Position numbers and translations under genes: made by a program
Assembly (NCBI GenBank): GCA_048013815.1
Contig: CM106586.1
Coordinates: 10,726,001 to 10,790,000, forward strand
Direction of reading: 5' to 3'
Length of the DNA stretch: 64,000 nt
Source of the DNA: Setoptus koraiensis
Lineage: Eukaryota > Animalia > Arthropoda
Part shown: piece after piece, positions 1 to 17,654 of the stretch
Numbering within the stretch: position 1 is the first letter of the stretch
Layout of the letters: every line of letters starts with the position of its first letter
Notes under the pieces: generated by a model
Told to the model about the DNA's origin: nothing
What the model saw: the letters and a program-made list of their open reading frames with translations, nothing else
Databases searched by the model: none

Positions 1-753
1 TTGTTTTTCCCTCTGTTGACGCTGCTTTTCGGCAGTTTTCAGTCTATTCTGCTGAACTTGTTTGTCCACAGAAACTTTGTAGGCTTTGATACGTTTATCT
101 CTCTTCTTAACAAACTCTACTAATGCACGGACTCTGTCATTGCGTTCTTTTTTAGCTGGGTCTTTGAGTTTTTTATTTTCTTTTTCCATCAATCTTAGAA
201 TCCTTCTATTTTCTGCCTCCGTAATGTTGTATTTATCAAGAAAATCGAACGTCATCTTCGTGCAGAAACTTGACCAGAAGGCATAGAATTTTCGTACAAC
301 ATCTACGTAAGACGATTCGGACGTTCCGAAAGTCGGAAATTCATCCTCTAATTTGGCATCTTCGTCCATATATACGATCTCTTCCTTGCTAATTTGCTGG
401 AATACATTTCTGTATACTGTGTAGAAACCGTCGGGTGAGTCGTCATAACAGGCAAAACACGACGAGGAGAAAAAAGGAAACAGATCTAGACATTTGTCAA
501 TCACCTCATCTTTGTTGCTACCAGCCAAAATTTGATCCTTGTGCCTGTCATACCAAGATCTCTCGCGGACATCGCTCAGCGTCTCATAAGCTTTGTGGAT
601 AGACAAGAATTTTGAGTGGGCCTCATCGGAATTGTCGTGATTTTTGTCAGGATGCCATTTTAAGGCCAGGCTTCTGTAGGCTCTTTTGATATCATCCTCC
701 GAGGAATCCTGGCTGACTCCTAGAATTTCGTAGTAGCATTGGGCGCGCGGCAT
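1..753 (-). CDS. DNAJC21: DnaJ homolog subfamily C member 21 (Jjj1-like); 3' part runs off the window
   Basis: Manual translation from ATG at 753: [38 protein letters not shown]...[13 protein letters not shown]...[11 protein letters not shown]...RLMEKENKK...[20 protein letters not shown]-domain with HPD plus the DNAJC21/zuotin-like segment. Open frame to base 1, so absent from the ORF track. Confidence 0.9.
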   Translation of the reverse strand, partial: MPRAQCYYEILGVSQDSSEDDIKRAYRSLALKWHPDKNHDNSDEAHSKFLSIHKAYETLSDVRERSWYDRHKDQILAGSNKDEVIDKCLDLFPFFSSSCFACYDDSPDGFYTVYRNVFQQISKEEIVYMDEDAKLEDEFPTFGTSESSYVDVVRKFYAFWSSFCTKMTFDFLDKYNITEAENRRILRLMEKENKKLKDPAKKERNDRVRALVEFVKKRDKRIKAYKVSVDKQVQQNRLKTAEKQRQQREKQ

Positions 754-1234
754 CTGGACAATTATGGATTATTTTTGTTACTGTCAACTCTATAAATTCT
801 TCATCTCCCAGAGAAATTCATTTATTATTGATTATTTATCTTTGAGCAGCTGACTGGTAATCATTGCTGCCAAAGAAAAAAAAACATTCAAATTCAAAAG
901 TCGCGCTAAGTGCGGGAGATAGTGACCTTTTCTCGTACCTCGTTATCATCGTGCTTTACTTATTTCTGTAAATAATAATCAGAGCGTACATAATTTTCAA
1001 TCACGGATCGGATTCACCCTACAAAAATGCTCTGATCAATCCTCGATAGTAGCAAAATAATATTATGGTTGATATAAGACGAATAAAAAGTTTATTATAC
1101 TTCTATAGACGTAACATCGCGTTTCCTACAATCTTTGGCATCCCCATATTCATCGATTGGAATCATACTAGAAAGTGGAAACAAGAGCGTCGAGCTAAGT
1201 TGAGTTTATCAAGCTAATCCCCCAAGTTACTTTA

Positions 1235-1522
1235 ATGCCTGCTGGTCAATCTTGGGCTTTGCCGTCCGGTTTTTGGACTGAAGGCCCAAAGAGACCCATT
1301 GGCTTCAAATCATGGAGTTATCGTGCAAATGTACTGTTCACCTTTGCTGTCGCCTCAGTAGGAGCTGTGGCTACCTTTACAGCAATCTGCCAATTTATGG
1401 CATACTCTAGGCGAACTCAAATGGGCCACTTCAAAGGAAAATCGCTCATATATAAAGGAAGTATGATACTATCTCACGAGGTTCCACCAGTAGTCGAAAA
1501 TAAAGAGGCTCTTGTAGAATAA
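1235..1522 (+). CDS. Uncharacterised 95-aa protein with one predicted transmembrane helix
   Basis: ORF with hydrophobic stretch VLFTFAVASVGAVATFTAICQFMAY. AATAAA at ~1541. Candidate 5'UTR intron 857 (GTAATC) to 1226 (GCTAAT...CCCCCAAG). Confidence 0.5.
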   Translation: MPAGQSWALPSGFWTEGPKRPIGFKSWSYRANVLFTFAVASVGAVATFTAICQFMAYSRRTQMGHFKGKSLIYKGSMILSHEVPPVVENKEALVE

Positions 1523-1612
1523 GCGAGTCGCGTTAGTTGTAATAAACTTTAGTAAACATTATAGAAAAAAGATTTATTATTGACTTAACTACATTATAAA
1601 GGCGTAAATTTA

Positions 1613-3364
1613 CTACATTCCGTATCCTCCCATACCACCCATGCCGCCCATTCCACCGCCCATGCCTCCCATATCGGGTTTGTCTTTGTTGGGTAGGTCA
1701 ACAATAACGGTCTCTGTGGTTGCGAGAAGCGAGGCGACACCGGCAGCATCCATAAGGGCAGTTCTGACGACTTTGGTGGGATCGATAATACCCGCTTGAA
1801 TCAAGTTGCAGTACTCTCCTTTCATGGCATCATAACCGAATGCTGCTTCATTGTTATCCTGAACTGTCTTAAGTACGCGACTGACGTCGACACCGGCATT
1901 ACGTGCAATAGTGGCACAAGGAACTGTGAGCGATAGCCTGATAATACTAACACCAACTCTTTGATCTTCGTTGATTGGTTTCAACTCGTCTAGGGCTGGA
2001 ATACAACGGATGAGGGCAGTGCCACCACCTGGAACAATACCTTCTTGGACAGCGGCCCTAGTTGCGCATAGAGCGTCGTTGACACGATCCTTCTTTTCGT
2101 TCACCTCGACCTCTGAGGCGCCACCAATTTTGAGCACGGCCACTCCTGACGAGAGACGGGCCAGCCTCTCGTTGAGTTTTTCCTTTTCATATTCAGAGTT
2201 AGATTCTTCGATTTCGTCTTTAATCATATCGGTCCTTCTCTTGATGTGATGTTCGTCGCCTTTGCCCTTCAGCAACAGTGTGTCGTCTTTGGTGATGATG
2301 ACCTCTCCGACTTCGCCCAAGTGTTCCTGTTTGATGTCTTCTAATTTTGTGAAGTTAGCGTCGTCGCCAAACACTATTCCGCCCGAGGCAACGGCAATAT
2401 CGTGTAGAGTTGCCTTCCTGTTGTCACCGAATCCTGGCGCCTTAACGGCACACACCTTGAGCTGTATCTTGGGATGCAATCTGTTGTACACAAGCGTTGT
2501 GAGTGCGTCGCCATCAATATCTTCGGCGATGATAAGCAGGGGTTTTTGTTGTGAGTTGGCCAATTCTAGGGCGGGCACAAGCGACTGCACCGAGCTAATT
2601 TTTTTCTCCGACAACAATATGAGACAGTCCTGGAACTCGCACTTGGCCCCCTTGGCAGCATTGATGAAATAGGGCGAAATGTAGCCCCTGTCGAATTTCA
2701 TGCCCTCGATGATTTCCAGTTCGTCGTCGAGCGTCTTGGCGTCCTTGACGGTGATGACGCCGTCCTTGCCCACCTTCTTCATAGCGTTAGAGATGAGATC
2801 GCCGATGGTTTTGTCGCCGTTGGCCGATATGGTGGCCACTTGTGAGATCTCGTCGGGGTTGTTTATTTGTGTGGCCATTTTCTTGAGCTGTTCCACCACC
2901 TTTTCCACGGCCATCATCATGCCCTTGCGCACCTCGATGGGGTTGGAGCCGGTCTCGATGCGATCGAAGCCGAGCCTGGCGATGCTGCGAGCGAGCACCG
3001 TTGCGGTGGTGGTTCCGTCGCCCGCCTGCTCGTTTGTGTTGTTGGCCACGTCCTGAACCAGCCGGGCGCCAATGTTCTCGAATTTATCCTTCAGTTCGAC
3101 GGCCTTGGCCACTGTCACGCCGTCCTTGGTTATCTTTGGTCCGCCCCACGATTGCTCGATGATGGCATTGCGGCCCTTTGGTCCCATGGTGGCGGCAACG
3201 GCGTCCGCTAGCACGTCTACGCCTCGCATCATCATTTGACGGGGCTCCTTGCCCATTCGCACGTCCTTGGCAAAGAATCGTTGCTGCTGGTGGCCGGCAC
3301 ACACTGACGCAATTCGCAAGTTTTTAGACCACGCGAGCACACCAACTCTTGTGATTAGCGACAT
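1613..3364 (-). CDS. HSPD1: Mitochondrial chaperonin Hsp60, intronless
   Basis: 583-aa ORF with transit-peptide-like N-terminus, [41 protein letters not shown] and C-terminal GGM repeats. Confidence 0.97.
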   Translation of the reverse strand: MSLITRVGVLAWSKNLRIASVCAGHQQQRFFAKDVRMGKEPRQMMMRGVDVLADAVAATMGPKGRNAIIEQSWGGPKITKDGVTVAKAVELKDKFENIGARLVQDVANNTNEQAGDGTTTATVLARSIARLGFDRIETGSNPIEVRKGMMMAVEKVVEQLKKMATQINNPDEISQVATISANGDKTIGDLISNAMKKVGKDGVITVKDAKTLDDELEIIEGMKFDRGYISPYFINAAKGAKCEFQDCLILLSEKKISSVQSLVPALELANSQQKPLLIIAEDIDGDALTTLVYNRLHPKIQLKVCAVKAPGFGDNRKATLHDIAVASGGIVFGDDANFTKLEDIKQEHLGEVGEVIITKDDTLLLKGKGDEHHIKRRTDMIKDEIEESNSEYEKEKLNERLARLSSGVAVLKIGGASEVEVNEKKDRVNDALCATRAAVQEGIVPGGGTALIRCIPALDELKPINEDQRVGVSIIRLSLTVPCATIARNAGVDVSRVLKTVQDNNEAAFGYDAMKGEYCNLIQAGIIDPTKVVRTALMDAAGVASLLATTETVIVDLPNKDKPDMGGMGGGMGGMGGMGGYGM

Positions 3365-4228
3365 GGTGTTGAGAGCTTGTTGTGACTGACGATGTGTGAT
3401 TGGTAGTTGTAATTGATTGGATCTGTGTGTGACAGACTGATGAATGTGTGATTGTTCGAGTTTATATGCTGTATGGTGTATAAAATTAAGTATTTAATTA
3501 ATTAATTAGGGGCTGTAACAAGACGGAGACTATAGTGACCGATCGTGCGCTATACGTAAATGGATAGAGAACAAAGAAGTGAGAGAAAATCGTGGTCGCC
3601 GACAGCATGGTTCGCAAATGGAACTTTCACGACCAAACACATGCGCTTAGGCGTGTTTTTTCTAGAAAGAAACACGAGCATTACGCATGGACCGTGGCTT
3701 GCACCGCTGTGCGCTCCCTGCCCCCCAGAAGCCACACGCAAAACGCTTGGGCGTGCACACATGTGCAGGGGGAAGCGGCCGTTGCTGCTTGCTCGATGGT
3801 TAGCAGCACTCTCTACCACTCGTGTGGTCATGTGTGGCATACTGCGCATAGTTGCGATTGCGCGACGGGCGCAGCAATCCAAAGCTGACCTCTTCAGGCC
3901 GATTTGCAAACTCGTGCCAGCCAGCAAACAGCCAGCGAAATGGCGTTCGAACTTGGCGCGAACTTGACTTGGCCGAAATTGCGCGAAATTAGAGCGCCAC
4001 TAATTAGCGCATAATCCTATTGGTCGCGATGACTAATTAATCAATCAACAATCAACAATTTGGAGTGATAATTGGCGAATCAGCGGTAATTAGTTTAATA
4101 TGTTAATTTAATTTATCGTACAATTGTGAGTCACTCGGTTTGAGTGCGTGTGTGTCGGTTGCATGTGAGACAATTACACTATATTATGTACAATCAGCGG
4201 AATCTTCGTTGTTGCTTCTGGCCACAAT

Positions 4229-7113
4229 TCACATGAAAGAAGATATAGCAGCCATAAGCAGCAAACTCAGCAAACAAGCGCCATATGAAACACTATTTAC
4301 ACCTGTCCTAAACTGGGACGCGGACGATGAAGACGACGACAACTTGAAATAGTAGTGATTGTTGGAGCCTCTCTCAGTGGGCACTAGCTTGGCGGGGGCG
4401 GCTGTGGCTGCGGCATCGTTGCTGATGGTGGCATCGTTTATGTGGGTGCCGTAAATCTTGGGGCTCGTTGTGTCCGAGTCGGAATGTAGCGACCACAGGG
4501 AGTTAGTGTCGTCGGTCTCAATCATTTCATTTCTAACATTCATGTCCAAATTGTCGTTGTCCTGGGCCCACAGCGACGGCGACAAAGGCTCGCGCCTGAG
4601 CTCATCCTCCAGCGAGTAGGGCCGGCCGTCGGGCGCGTTGCCCAGGCCCCCACTGAAGGGCAGCCTCTTCTGGGCCAAATTGGAAGCCGTGCACCCGAAC
4701 CACCACTCGCCTGTCGGTCTGGGGAACTGGGGCCTGCCTCTGGGCTCCACCTGCATTGGGGCGAGAAGATTTTTTGTGTTACTATTTCGTCTCAATGGCA
4801 AACGACTGACACGTGACACATTGGCACAACTGAATGGCGCCCAGCTTACCTTGAACTCGTGATCGTTGAACCTGTAGTACTGGTTGCCCTTGAAGAAATA
4901 GGTGATGTTGTTGTCCCATTTGAAGGCGGCGTCTATGTGCGCCGGAATGCCCGACCACACCTTTATGGAGCGCGGATACTCGCTGCTGACCGGCGGCTCT
5001 GACTTGCTATCAAAGCGCCAATATTGTGCGCCCTTGAATATGTACGTTCGTCCGTTTCCGCTCCAAACGAAAGCTGCGTCAATGTCGTTGGGTATGCCCG
5101 CAAAGCCCGTACTAATGAGCTTCGGGTAGCCATTGTCGCGCTTCTTGTTGCGGAAGCGCCAGTATTTGTTGCCCTTGAAAAAGAAGGTCTTGCCGTCGGC
5201 CCAGGTAAGGGCCGCGTTCAGGTTGCCCGGCAGACCGTCCCAGTCGGCGGATATGCGACGCGGATAATCTTTGGCCACGCCGTCGGCCGTGAGCAGCCAA
5301 TAGTGGTCGCCCTTGAACACGTACGACTGACCGTCCTCTGTGCGCGTCACCGTGTCCATTCGCGAATCGGCGCACAAATTCAACTGGGGCCCGGCGAGCG
5401 GGTCGTCGTCTTGGTCGTCGCTGTTGTCGTTGGCACCGATTGTTTCATGCTGGCCGCCGTCAGCGCCACCCTGATTGGTGGCCAGATCGTCGTCGTTGGT
5501 CTCGTGACGACGCCCGTGCACCAGCGACGGCCTCGAGGTGCTGGTCGTGGTGCTGGTAGTGGTTGTGCTGGTTGTGGTTGTGCTGGTTGCGGCGTCTGCC
5601 GCGGCGTGATAATTGAACGACGACGACGACGACATCGGGTCCATAGAGTGACTTTTGGTGCCGTACAGCGCCTGTATGGCCATTATGTCGTCCTCGTGTA
5701 TCTTGAAGTTTGGCTTGTATTTCTGATAGAAGGGCGCCATCAGGGCCTCGCGAACGCTGCTGTGGCCCAGTCCGAGCGAGTGACCCAGCTCGTGCGCGGC
5801 CACCTGAAAGATGTTTGTGCCCGCGTACGAGTCTATGGTCCAGTATTCCTGGTCGTCGAAATGAGCGTCGCCGCCGTATTGCGGAAAATAGGCATGCGCC
5901 AGGGTGTTGCCGGGCCCGTCGAATGCGTCCCCGTCGCCGTGATCGCCACTAGCAAACCGGATGTCGATGTGTACGCGACCGTCGCGCTTCACAATAAAAT
6001 CGATGGGCGCCACCTGGGACCAGACGCCGAACGCCATGGCGATCTGTTGATCGACCTCTTCGCGCCTGTTCAGGTACCTGGTCGGGTACTGCGATATCCG
6101 GTATGTGAGCTCTTGGCGTCTCCATTTGCTGCCCTGTAACGCGTACCGTTTCTTGCGCCGGCGGGGCCCCACGAGCGAGCCCAAATTGGCGCGCCTCGAT
6201 CTGTTGCCGCGGGCTTGGTGAGCCGTGTGCGGATGGTGTGCGTGGCCGCCACCGCTGAGCCAAAGCGGTTGCCCGAACGTGGCTCGTTGCGAGCCGAGCG
6301 GCTGAGCCGAGGGAGCGGCCAGGTCCTTGTTGCCGCACCGGGGCACCCGCATGAAATATTGGGTCTTGTTGTCGAGCAGGCCGGACTCGTTGAGGCCCGC
6401 GAAGCGCTGGAACGACTTGATGGCGCTCTGAAAGGACAGCTCTGTCACCAGATTGGCCGTCGTGGAGAATGTCTCACTCATGTAGCCGAACTTTTGTAGG
6501 TAGGTCTGCGCGCGCGCAACATTAATCGATTAGTTGATTGTGTCAGCCGGAAGTGATATGGTCAGTGATTAATTGGGCGTTGGTCGGTTGATCGAGCAGT
6601 CGATCGAACACGGTTGTGGGTACTTACCAAGGCGTTGATTTCCTTCATGTTGGCAGCGTCTTGTCGGTACGCGGCGCCGGTGCTGTTGTGGTCTGACTTG
6701 GGGGCCGGCAAGTGGTTGGCAGGTTGCGATGCATTTGTTGCTGTCGGTGCTGTTGCTGCTGCTGTTGGCGGTGGTGGCGGTTGTGGCGGCGGCGGCTGGG
6801 CCGGTTTGGAATGTTGTTGGTGTGACGGTTGCAGGGGCGCGCAGTCGCTGACGGTGGCGCAAACGAGCAGGCTCAGCACGCCGATGCAGCTAATTAGCAG
6901 TTGCAATTGGTAGTGGTCACTGAAATTGTGTAGCCTAAACCTAAGCAGTTTGTTGGCGTCGTAAGAGTGCAAATAAATTGCAGTGGCCGATGTGCACTGT
7001 GTCGTCCGGTCGTGTCTGAGATCTCTGAATGTGCTTGGTGTGCTGGCGGGGCGCTTGCTGCGTTGGCCGCCGCCGCGGCCGCTGCGACCAGCGCCGGAAG
7101 TGGCCATTAACAT
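4229..7113 (-). CDS. Mmp1: Matrix metalloproteinase 1-like; exons 7113-6628, 6505-4850, 4750-4229 (887 aa)
   Basis: Cysteine switch PRCGNKD, furin site RRRKKR, zinc motif HELGHSLGLGH, Met-turn ALMAPFY, Thr-rich hinge, hemopexin repeats ending WWFGC, hydrophobic C-terminal tail. GT-AG introns 6627-6506 and 4849-4751, both phase 0 and frame-consistent. Confidence 0.92.
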
Positions 7114-8347
7114 AAATTAGCCTCTAATAAATTAGCTGTTGAGTTGAGTTTGGTGCTTGCACGAGCGCGAGAGCAACAGGTAGAGATGGCTCTGATGAAA
7201 GGGCTGCTGATATGACGCTGCTGATTACGATTGGTCAGTTGGGCCACTCGTCGCTGGCACTGGCTCATAAGCGACTGAGGCGTTGCGCATGCCGCACACT
7301 CGACGTAGTTGTTGTTGCTGTTGCTGTTGTTGTTGGTGTTGCTGTCGTTGTAGCTGTTGCTGTCGTCGTAGCTGTTGCTGTCGTTGTTGTTGCTGTTGTT
7401 GCTGCTGCCGCTATGGTGAGAGATTGAGCGATTTATAAGATGCGCAAGATGCCTCGATGGAGTGTGTGTCGATTTGCACAGACAGATCACATAATTGCAT
7501 CATCGTATCATCACCGTTGCAAAATTGAATGTTGCGTGACGATGGCCGCCTGCACAGTGACCGCCGATGGCCAGGTGAGCGCGATTACACGTGAATAGGC
7601 ATAACGTTGTGTGTGAGCAACAATTTTTCGTCTTGCGTCTTGAGGCGTCCTGTCTTGGCCCTTGGCGTATGTGCCCACGATATATTCACAATCTGGCCAC
7701 AATACACTCTCAATATACTCTCAATCTGCTCGCAAACGGCTATCGGGATGCGGCTTGCGTCCCGACGTGTGACTAATTGAGATTGCGCCCAGATGAACTC
7801 GGCTAACTTGACCTTGGCCGCAGCCGATGTTATGTTATTCTGCTGCTGCTGCTTGCGATACAAACAAATGTAACTCTTTCTTTTGATACGATGCTGTTGC
7901 CGGTGTAATGTTGCTGTTGTTGTTGCCGCGAATACGAAATTATCTCAATTACGCGCATGTTACCTGCGACACGACGCTAATATAATGATTGGCGCAACAG
8001 ATTGGCGAAACTAGCGACTGGCAACGCTCAAAAACGTCGCTTCTCTTATTATCATCTTATACCACTGGACAACTGACGCAACGCAGCAAGGCCACACCAG
8101 TTCACCCTACCACCTGTCGTTAAGTTAATAGGCGCCGCTTCGGATGCCGCTTCGAACGCCGCTTCGGAAGCCGCTGCCTGAAGCGGAATTATTTTTATTA
8201 TTCTTTGTGCAACTTGTCTGCGCACTCAACAACGCCGGCAACAGCATCAACAACAACAACAACCAGCAAGTGGTGGTAATGTCCTTTAGCGCGCACCGAC
8301 ACACATCACTCCTTCCTATTGTGTCAAGATCAGACTATTTATATTAC

Positions 8348-8350
<3 letters not shown>

Positions 8351-8397
<47 letters not shown>
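8351..8397. repeat. (CA)n microsatellite
   Basis: About 23 perfect AC units. Confidence 0.95.
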
Positions 8398-8401
<4 letters not shown>

Positions 8402-10644
8402 CAGTTAGACAACTGGCCGGCGCCAGATCCGCTGCTGCTGCCGTCGCCGCCACTCAACAACAGGTAGCAGCCGTGGGTACAAGATACACCAAAGGCTCGC
8501 CATTGCCGTTACTATTGTCCGCCGATCCGATGATGATGAACTGTCTCACTTTTGTCTAACTAGTGCTGCTATTCTCTTCTGCAGCAGTGCTTCTTAACCC
8601 CTGCACGATAGAACCCGGCCAGCTCACATTACGTAACCATGCAAACAGCCACCTGTTACAAACGGCAACTGCAACAACAACAACAACAACAGCGAGCTGC
8701 CATGTCAACTACTCCAATGCCAGTCAGGTGCAGAGCATTACTTGTTTCTCTTTGTTGTTCATTCATCATCAAGTTGCTTTGTTGCCTCGGCTGTTGATGT
8801 CGTTGTTGCTGCCGCTGCCGTTGTTGTTGTTGTTGTTGATGCTGTTGATGCTGTTGTTGTTGTTGGTGCTGCTGTTGCTGTTGTGTGTCTCATTCGCATC
8901 TTACTATCGTGCCTCAAATAGCCACCGTAGTAATAATAGCACACTATTATTACTCACCTCGCATCTATCTATATTCACAAGCTATAGAGATGTAGCTTGG
9001 CAACTCTTGCAACCATCCAATCATCTATTCACCATAAATATAGTAACCATGTTTATTTATATTGTGTGTGCGCTTCTAAGAGGTCAAGTTTATGCTTCAA
9101 TTCTTTCTCTATCTCATTCAAAGAGCATTCACTTCTTCATTCAAGTTCAAGTCTAGGTACAGTCTATCTAGCGTAGCTCACCTCAACCGCTACTAGGCTT
9201 TTCAAGGTTCATCCCGATTACTATACTAAAATGAAACCACTTATCATTATTATTATTATTATTACAACTTTATGTGATTGTGTGTGTGTGTGTGTGTGTG
9301 TGTGTTTATTTGTGTATAGTGATGCAACACAATTTCAAAAGAACGTTAATTCGGACCATAGCACTTTATATTGGACCACACACACAATAAACATTTTACA
9401 TCACATTCAACCACAAACAGATACATGACATATGATGCAATGGATGTTATGCAATGGACGAACAAGCGGGCTTGGCTCAAACAGGAAGTGTTACTCATTA
9501 AAATATACACACAACAAAGGATTGATGCGCTCATAGTAGGCACCTTCATGCTTATTATGCAATGTTATCAACATCATCATCATCATCATTTTATAATATT
9601 ACAACATGCGGCAAAGGTGACATGTACCTTGTCACGGGCAATATCAGCAGCATAATGCCATCAAGTTAGTCAGTTTTTACAGCTTTGTTGTCTCAAATAT
9701 ACAGTTCGACACAGTGCGATGATGGCCACTTCATTAGTTGTGGTCAAATTATTAATTAGCCACCACATGAACAAATGAAATAATGATAACAAAAAGGTCT
9801 ATTTGCATTTTTTGCTATTTCTATTGCTATGAATACATCCAGGTGGAAGGATTTTATTGACTAGACAGCTGCTGGCCGGAATCTAGCAATAGTATACGGT
9901 TTTAGCATATATCATATCCATAGCGGAAGCTTCATTGTCTATTAGCAACAATGAACAATACGTCAACTGGATCACCGAGGTCACGATCAATAAGGCTTCT
10001 GGTTCATAACACGCTAAACTGCTATTCTATATCTCTTCAATGGTTCCTACTAAATGTTTCTATTATCATTGCTGAATACTCTGCTACATATCAGCGTTTG
10101 TTGAAATTTAATTAAATATGTAAGGCATCAGAAATTGAGTCAAGCTCGTGATCGAAGCGAAAAAAAACATGTCGCTGTATAAATGCTAATGCTGCAGTGA
10201 TGTAGACATGCAGAAGATATAGAGCACACATTGTTTGATAAAAACCGATCAATATTTTATCGTAACACTAACAAAGAAACAGTTTATATTGAAAGGAGGT
10301 TTGATGAGCATCGATCTTGTGTTCAATAATTTAGTTATTTTATTCAAATTCTCTCTCTAAACGATTTAAATATATATATATATTTACGTGTGGATTTTTC
10401 TATATATATCGTATAAATTGCAATTTATTATATAGTCTTTGTCGAGATGATAATTATGTCATCATTATTAAAACACTAACGAGAAATTGAAATACGATTA
10501 AATCTCATCTTAAGCTTCGTTCATCGTCGTAATTCATTGTCCATTGTTGTGAGAACCAGAAATGCTTTCTTTTCATTCGTCGTCCTCTTCCCTCTCTAGC
10601 AAAACTTCGTTCAAATCTGGCTCATCACAACAATTGATTGATTG

Positions 10645-15492
<4,848 letters not shown>

Positions 15493-16157
15493 CTAAAAAA
15501 ATGTAAATGTTGTTTTGTTTGGTATTGTGGGTGTTGGGTGTTGGTATCGAATGTGATCGATTGTCGCCTTATGGACTACATATGCTGGAAGTGACTATCT
15601 TGGTTCATGGTCGTGTATTATCGTGTCGCTCATTGAAAACAATTGATTTAAAATAATAAAACAATTAATAATAAATTAATTAAAATGTAATAATGGTATA
15701 ATAGTGGTAATAATTAATAATAATAATAATATTGGTGTCGTCAGGTCGTCTGCGTTTGTTTGTTCGCTTGTTTTGGTTTATGTTTTGATTTTAATTGTTC
15801 CTCTATCGTCACGATCCTCATTCCTGGGGTGATTGTGGCTTGTTTCCTATTGTTGTTATTGTGATTATGAGTGTATAGTGCCACAATTAATCCTATGTAC
15901 GTATTAGATGGCAATCCAATCTGGGCATATCCATTCGATCGTGTATCATACACGGTGTATGTGTGTGTCCGTGTGTGTGTGTGTGCTTGTGTGTATGTAC
16001 ACCTAGTAGTGGTAGTGGTGGTGGTGGTGGTGGAAACAAATAAATATCCCCTCTGTTGTTCTTTTCTATATCTTTCTATATCCCTAAATATATACTGGAG
16101 CGTATATATGTATATATATATATATAAATACTGGAGTATATTAATCTATGTTTGTTG

Positions 16158-16176
16158 TGTATGTGTGTGTGTGTGT

Positions 16177-16215
<39 letters not shown>
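16158..16215. repeat. (TG)n microsatellite
   Basis: Long, nearly perfect GT run. Confidence 0.9.
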
Positions 16216-16217
<2 letters not shown>

Positions 16218-16575
16218 TGTTTGTGACGATAAATATATGTGTATTTTCTAGGTAGCAATAGTTGTGTGATGATGATAATATTAATAAGTAATGGTGGTAG
16301 CTAGATAATAATAATAATAGCAATAATAATAGTAATGGTGATTTTGTCACTAATGAATAAGACGACAACGACGACGACGACGGCAATGATGCTTGGGCTT
16401 AATAAATATATATCATCGTCAGTGTGTAGAGTGTGTATAGAGAATAAGCGAATAACGAATGTGCAGCAGCAGCCGTAGTAGGCGCAGCGCTAGCAGTGCC
16501 AGTGGAATTGTTCAGCGAGAGAGGGAAAGAAGTGTATTATCAAGGCACAAGTAATTTACCATTACAGTTCTATTC

Positions 16576-16634
<59 letters not shown>
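16576..16634. repeat. (TG)n microsatellite
   Basis: GT run with one CG interruption. Confidence 0.9.
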
Positions 16635-16636
<2 letters not shown>

Positions 16637-17573
16637 CAGCAGCGGGCAACAACTGCAGCAGAGCAGCAGCAGCGCCAGCAGCAGTTGCCGCAGTTACAGC
16701 AGTTGAGCTGCAAGCGGGGTGTCAAGCGCAAGTGGGCCATTACCCACACATTGTGCTACATTGCCTTTGCCACTGCATTTGCCCCATAGCACGATGGGGC
16801 CTGTGTGGGCACAGTTCGTGCGCAAGCGGCGCACGCCCGCCTGAGCACTGTTACGCGGGCACACATCGAGCGTTGAAGCGGGCGCACGACAGCCAGCGCA
16901 GCGCCGAACACAGCACGCTCTGTGCTTGTGCGCGGCGCAGGGTGCTTTTTAGCCTGTCCAGTTGCGCTGGCCACCCTATATGTTCGCTGTGTGTCCAATA
17001 CAGCAGCGTACTGCCATAGCAGCAACATCTTTCGTAAGTGAGCGCTTGTGTACTTTAGAATTGAGTGTGTCTCTTTTTTACTGACAGTCTGTGTGTGTGT
17101 GTCCCACGCATTGAGATTGCGTTCCTCTAGTGCTTGTGGGCATTGTGTGCTTGTGTGCATTTGCATCACCGATACCGTCGCCGCCGCCGCAACACAACAC
17201 ACACACACACAGACAAGAATTTAAGGTGTGATGGTTTTCTGGGCGAATCAACTCTTGTGCTGCTGTCGCTGTCGTCGTCGTGGTCGCTGTTGTTGTTGTT
17301 GTTGTTGTCGTCGTTGTTGTTGTTGTCGTCGGCAGCGGCGATCATGTTGTTGATGTTGTTGCCGTATGATTCGGCCGCCGCCGCCGCTCAAGTTCAGCCG
17401 GGCCGGCGCTGCTGTCCTAAACGACGATCACAATGAAGAGCAGCGGCAGGTTCGCTCCGCAAATTGTTGTCCACTTGTTTGTGTACCCAGTGCCCAGTGG
17501 CCCGCACGAGTGCTTGTGTGCTTTTTCGTGTTCGCAGCAAGCCAGCCTATAATCATCGCAGTGCTCTGTCCAG

Positions 17574-17654
17574 CAGAGTCTGTTCAGAAGAGTCTGTTCA
17601 GCAGAGTCAGTCCAACAGAGTCTGTTCAACAGAGTCTGTTCAACAGAGTCTGTT
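17574..17654. repeat. Degenerate minisatellite of CAGAGTCTGTTCA(A/G) units
   Basis: About five imperfect tandem copies visible. Confidence 0.75.

Noticed and set aside
3550-3967. ORFs upstream of Hsp60 as a head-to-head Hsp10
   Set aside because: None of the three overlapping ORFs contains GroES/Hsp10 motifs.
7107-9655. Numerous 60-200 aa ORFs between Mmp1 and par-1
   Set aside because: They are translations of trinucleotide and dinucleotide repeats (poly-L, poly-N, HT/CV repeats) with no domain signal.
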